A program made the translations under genes and the position numbers. Shown in pieces: positions 62,678-64,000 of a stretch of DNA of 64,000 nucleotides (positions are counted from its first letter, which is position 1; every line of letters begins with the position of its first letter). Under the pieces are notes generated by a model. The model had not been told where the DNA came from, ran no database searches, and worked only from the letters and a program-made list of their open reading frames with translations. Source of the DNA: the human T2T-CHM13v2.0 reference genome, Homo sapiens; assembly GCF_009914755.1 (NCBI RefSeq), contig NC_060947.1; one strand, written 5' to 3'.

Positions 62678-64000
62678 TTTTTTTTTTTTAAGGTGTGCTC
62701 TTTTATTCAACTGGTCTCAAGTCAGTGTACAGGTAAGCCCTGGCTGCCTCCACACCTCCACCCACTCCCAGAAAGACCAAAAACCTTCATACACGTCAAG
62801 TTGAGGGGCAAAAAAGGGGGATCACAATGGCTGATCATTCAAAATAAAACAAAATTTAAAAAGTATTAAGGCGAAGATTAAACATTTTTTGCATTACATA
62901 ATTTATATGAAAGCAATGCTATCACCTCCCCTGTGTGGAGAGGACTGGGGCATTCTCCTTAGAGAGAAGTGGGGTGGCTTTTGGGAGGGCAAGGGACTTC
63001 CTGTAACAATGCATCTCATGATATTTGGAATGACTATTTAAAAAAAGAACAATGTACAATCAAAGTCCTTGGCCACATTGTAGAACTTTGAGGGGTGCTC
63101 ACTCCAACTGACTGCTGTCGCCTCCACCTTTCCAGTTTTCAAATCCTGAGTCAAGCTAAACAACAACAACAACAACAACAAATAATAATAATAATAATAA
63201 TAATAGTAAGGCCACACCAATCTCATCTTGTTTTCTGGCAAGTTGGGTTTTTGTCAAGAATGGGTGTAATGCAACTAAGTAACAGTCCGCCTAGAAGCAC
63301 TTGCTGTGGGTGATGAAGGGGCCGGCCTCTTGGTATTTTTGCTTGCTGATCCACATCTGCTGGGAGGTGGACAGGGAGGCCAGGATGGAGCCATCGAAAC
63401 ACACAGAGTATTTATGCACAGGAGGAGCAATGATCTTGATCTTTACTGTGCTGGAAGTCAGGACAGTGATCTCCTTCTGCATCCTGTCGGCAATGCCAGG
63501 GTACATGGTAGTGCCGCCAGACAGCACTGTATTGGCGTACAGGTCTTTGCAGATGTCCACATCACACTTCATGATGGAGGTGAAGGTAGTTTCGTGGATG
63601 CCATAGGATTCCATGCCCAGGAAGGAAGGCTGGAAGAGGTACTGGGGCAGTGGAACCACTGGTTGCTGATGGTGATGACCTGGCCGTTGAGCAGCTCCTA
63701 GCTCTTCTCCAGGGAGGAGCTAGAGGCTGCAGTGGCCATCTCCTGCTCGAAGTCCAGGGTGATGTAGCACAGCTTCTCCTTGATGTCAAGCATGATTTCC
63801 CGCTCAGCAGTGGTGGTGAAGCTGTAGCCGCCCTCCTTGAGGATCTTCATGAAGTAGTCAGTCAGGTCCTGGCCAGCCAGGTCCAGAGGCAAGATGGCAT
63901 GGGGGAGGGTGTACCCCTCATAGATGGGCATAGTGTGGGTGATCCCATCGCTAGAGTCCATCACGATGCCAGTGGTACTGCCAGAGGCATACCAGCTTGG
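62678..64000 (-). pseudogene. ACTBP: Processed pseudogene of beta-actin (ACTB); continues beyond the window
   Basis: Intronless actin C-terminal half ([11 protein letters not shown]...[19 protein letters not shown]...KCF, stop at 63291); in-frame TAG at 63698-63700 and a frameshift ~63645; ACTB-specific 3' UTR, AATAAA (62702-62707) and poly-A (62678-62689). Confidence 0.96.
63158..63208. repeat. Compound (CAA)n(TAA)n microsatellite in the pseudogene 3' UTR
   Basis: caacaacaa...aataataat run. Confidence 0.9.

Noticed and set aside
63291-63964. Functional actin gene
   Set aside because: Intronless, with an internal stop, a frameshift, many substitutions at invariant residues and a genomic poly-A.

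Overview
Human (or great-ape) intergenic DNA that is almost entirely transposable-element derived. It contains about 25 Alus, several old L1M/L1MA fragments, L2/MIR/CR1 relics, DNA transposons (full-span Tigger1, MER45B-like, Charlie4a-like, MER58A), many solo LTRs (LTR12, LTR17/HERV-W, LTR10, MER41B, MER50, LTR8, LTR26, THE1/MST/MLT1), one full-length SVA, and a processed ACTB pseudogene running off the right end. I see no intact protein-coding gene, RNA gene or CRISPR array. I found no convincing new biological system. The most interesting structure is a heavily decayed, two-LTR ERV1-type provirus on the minus strand (~26.7-35.7 kb). Its His-type PBS, gag and env motifs are still readable, and its 5' LTR hosts a five-level nest of younger LTRs. 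Other notable items are an unidentified poly(A) retrocopy inside Tigger1 with a triplicated target site, and an SVA carrying a short 5' transduction. Repeat family and subfamily names come from my recall of consensus sequences and need RepeatMasker/Dfam confirmation. Boundaries of old elements are approximate.
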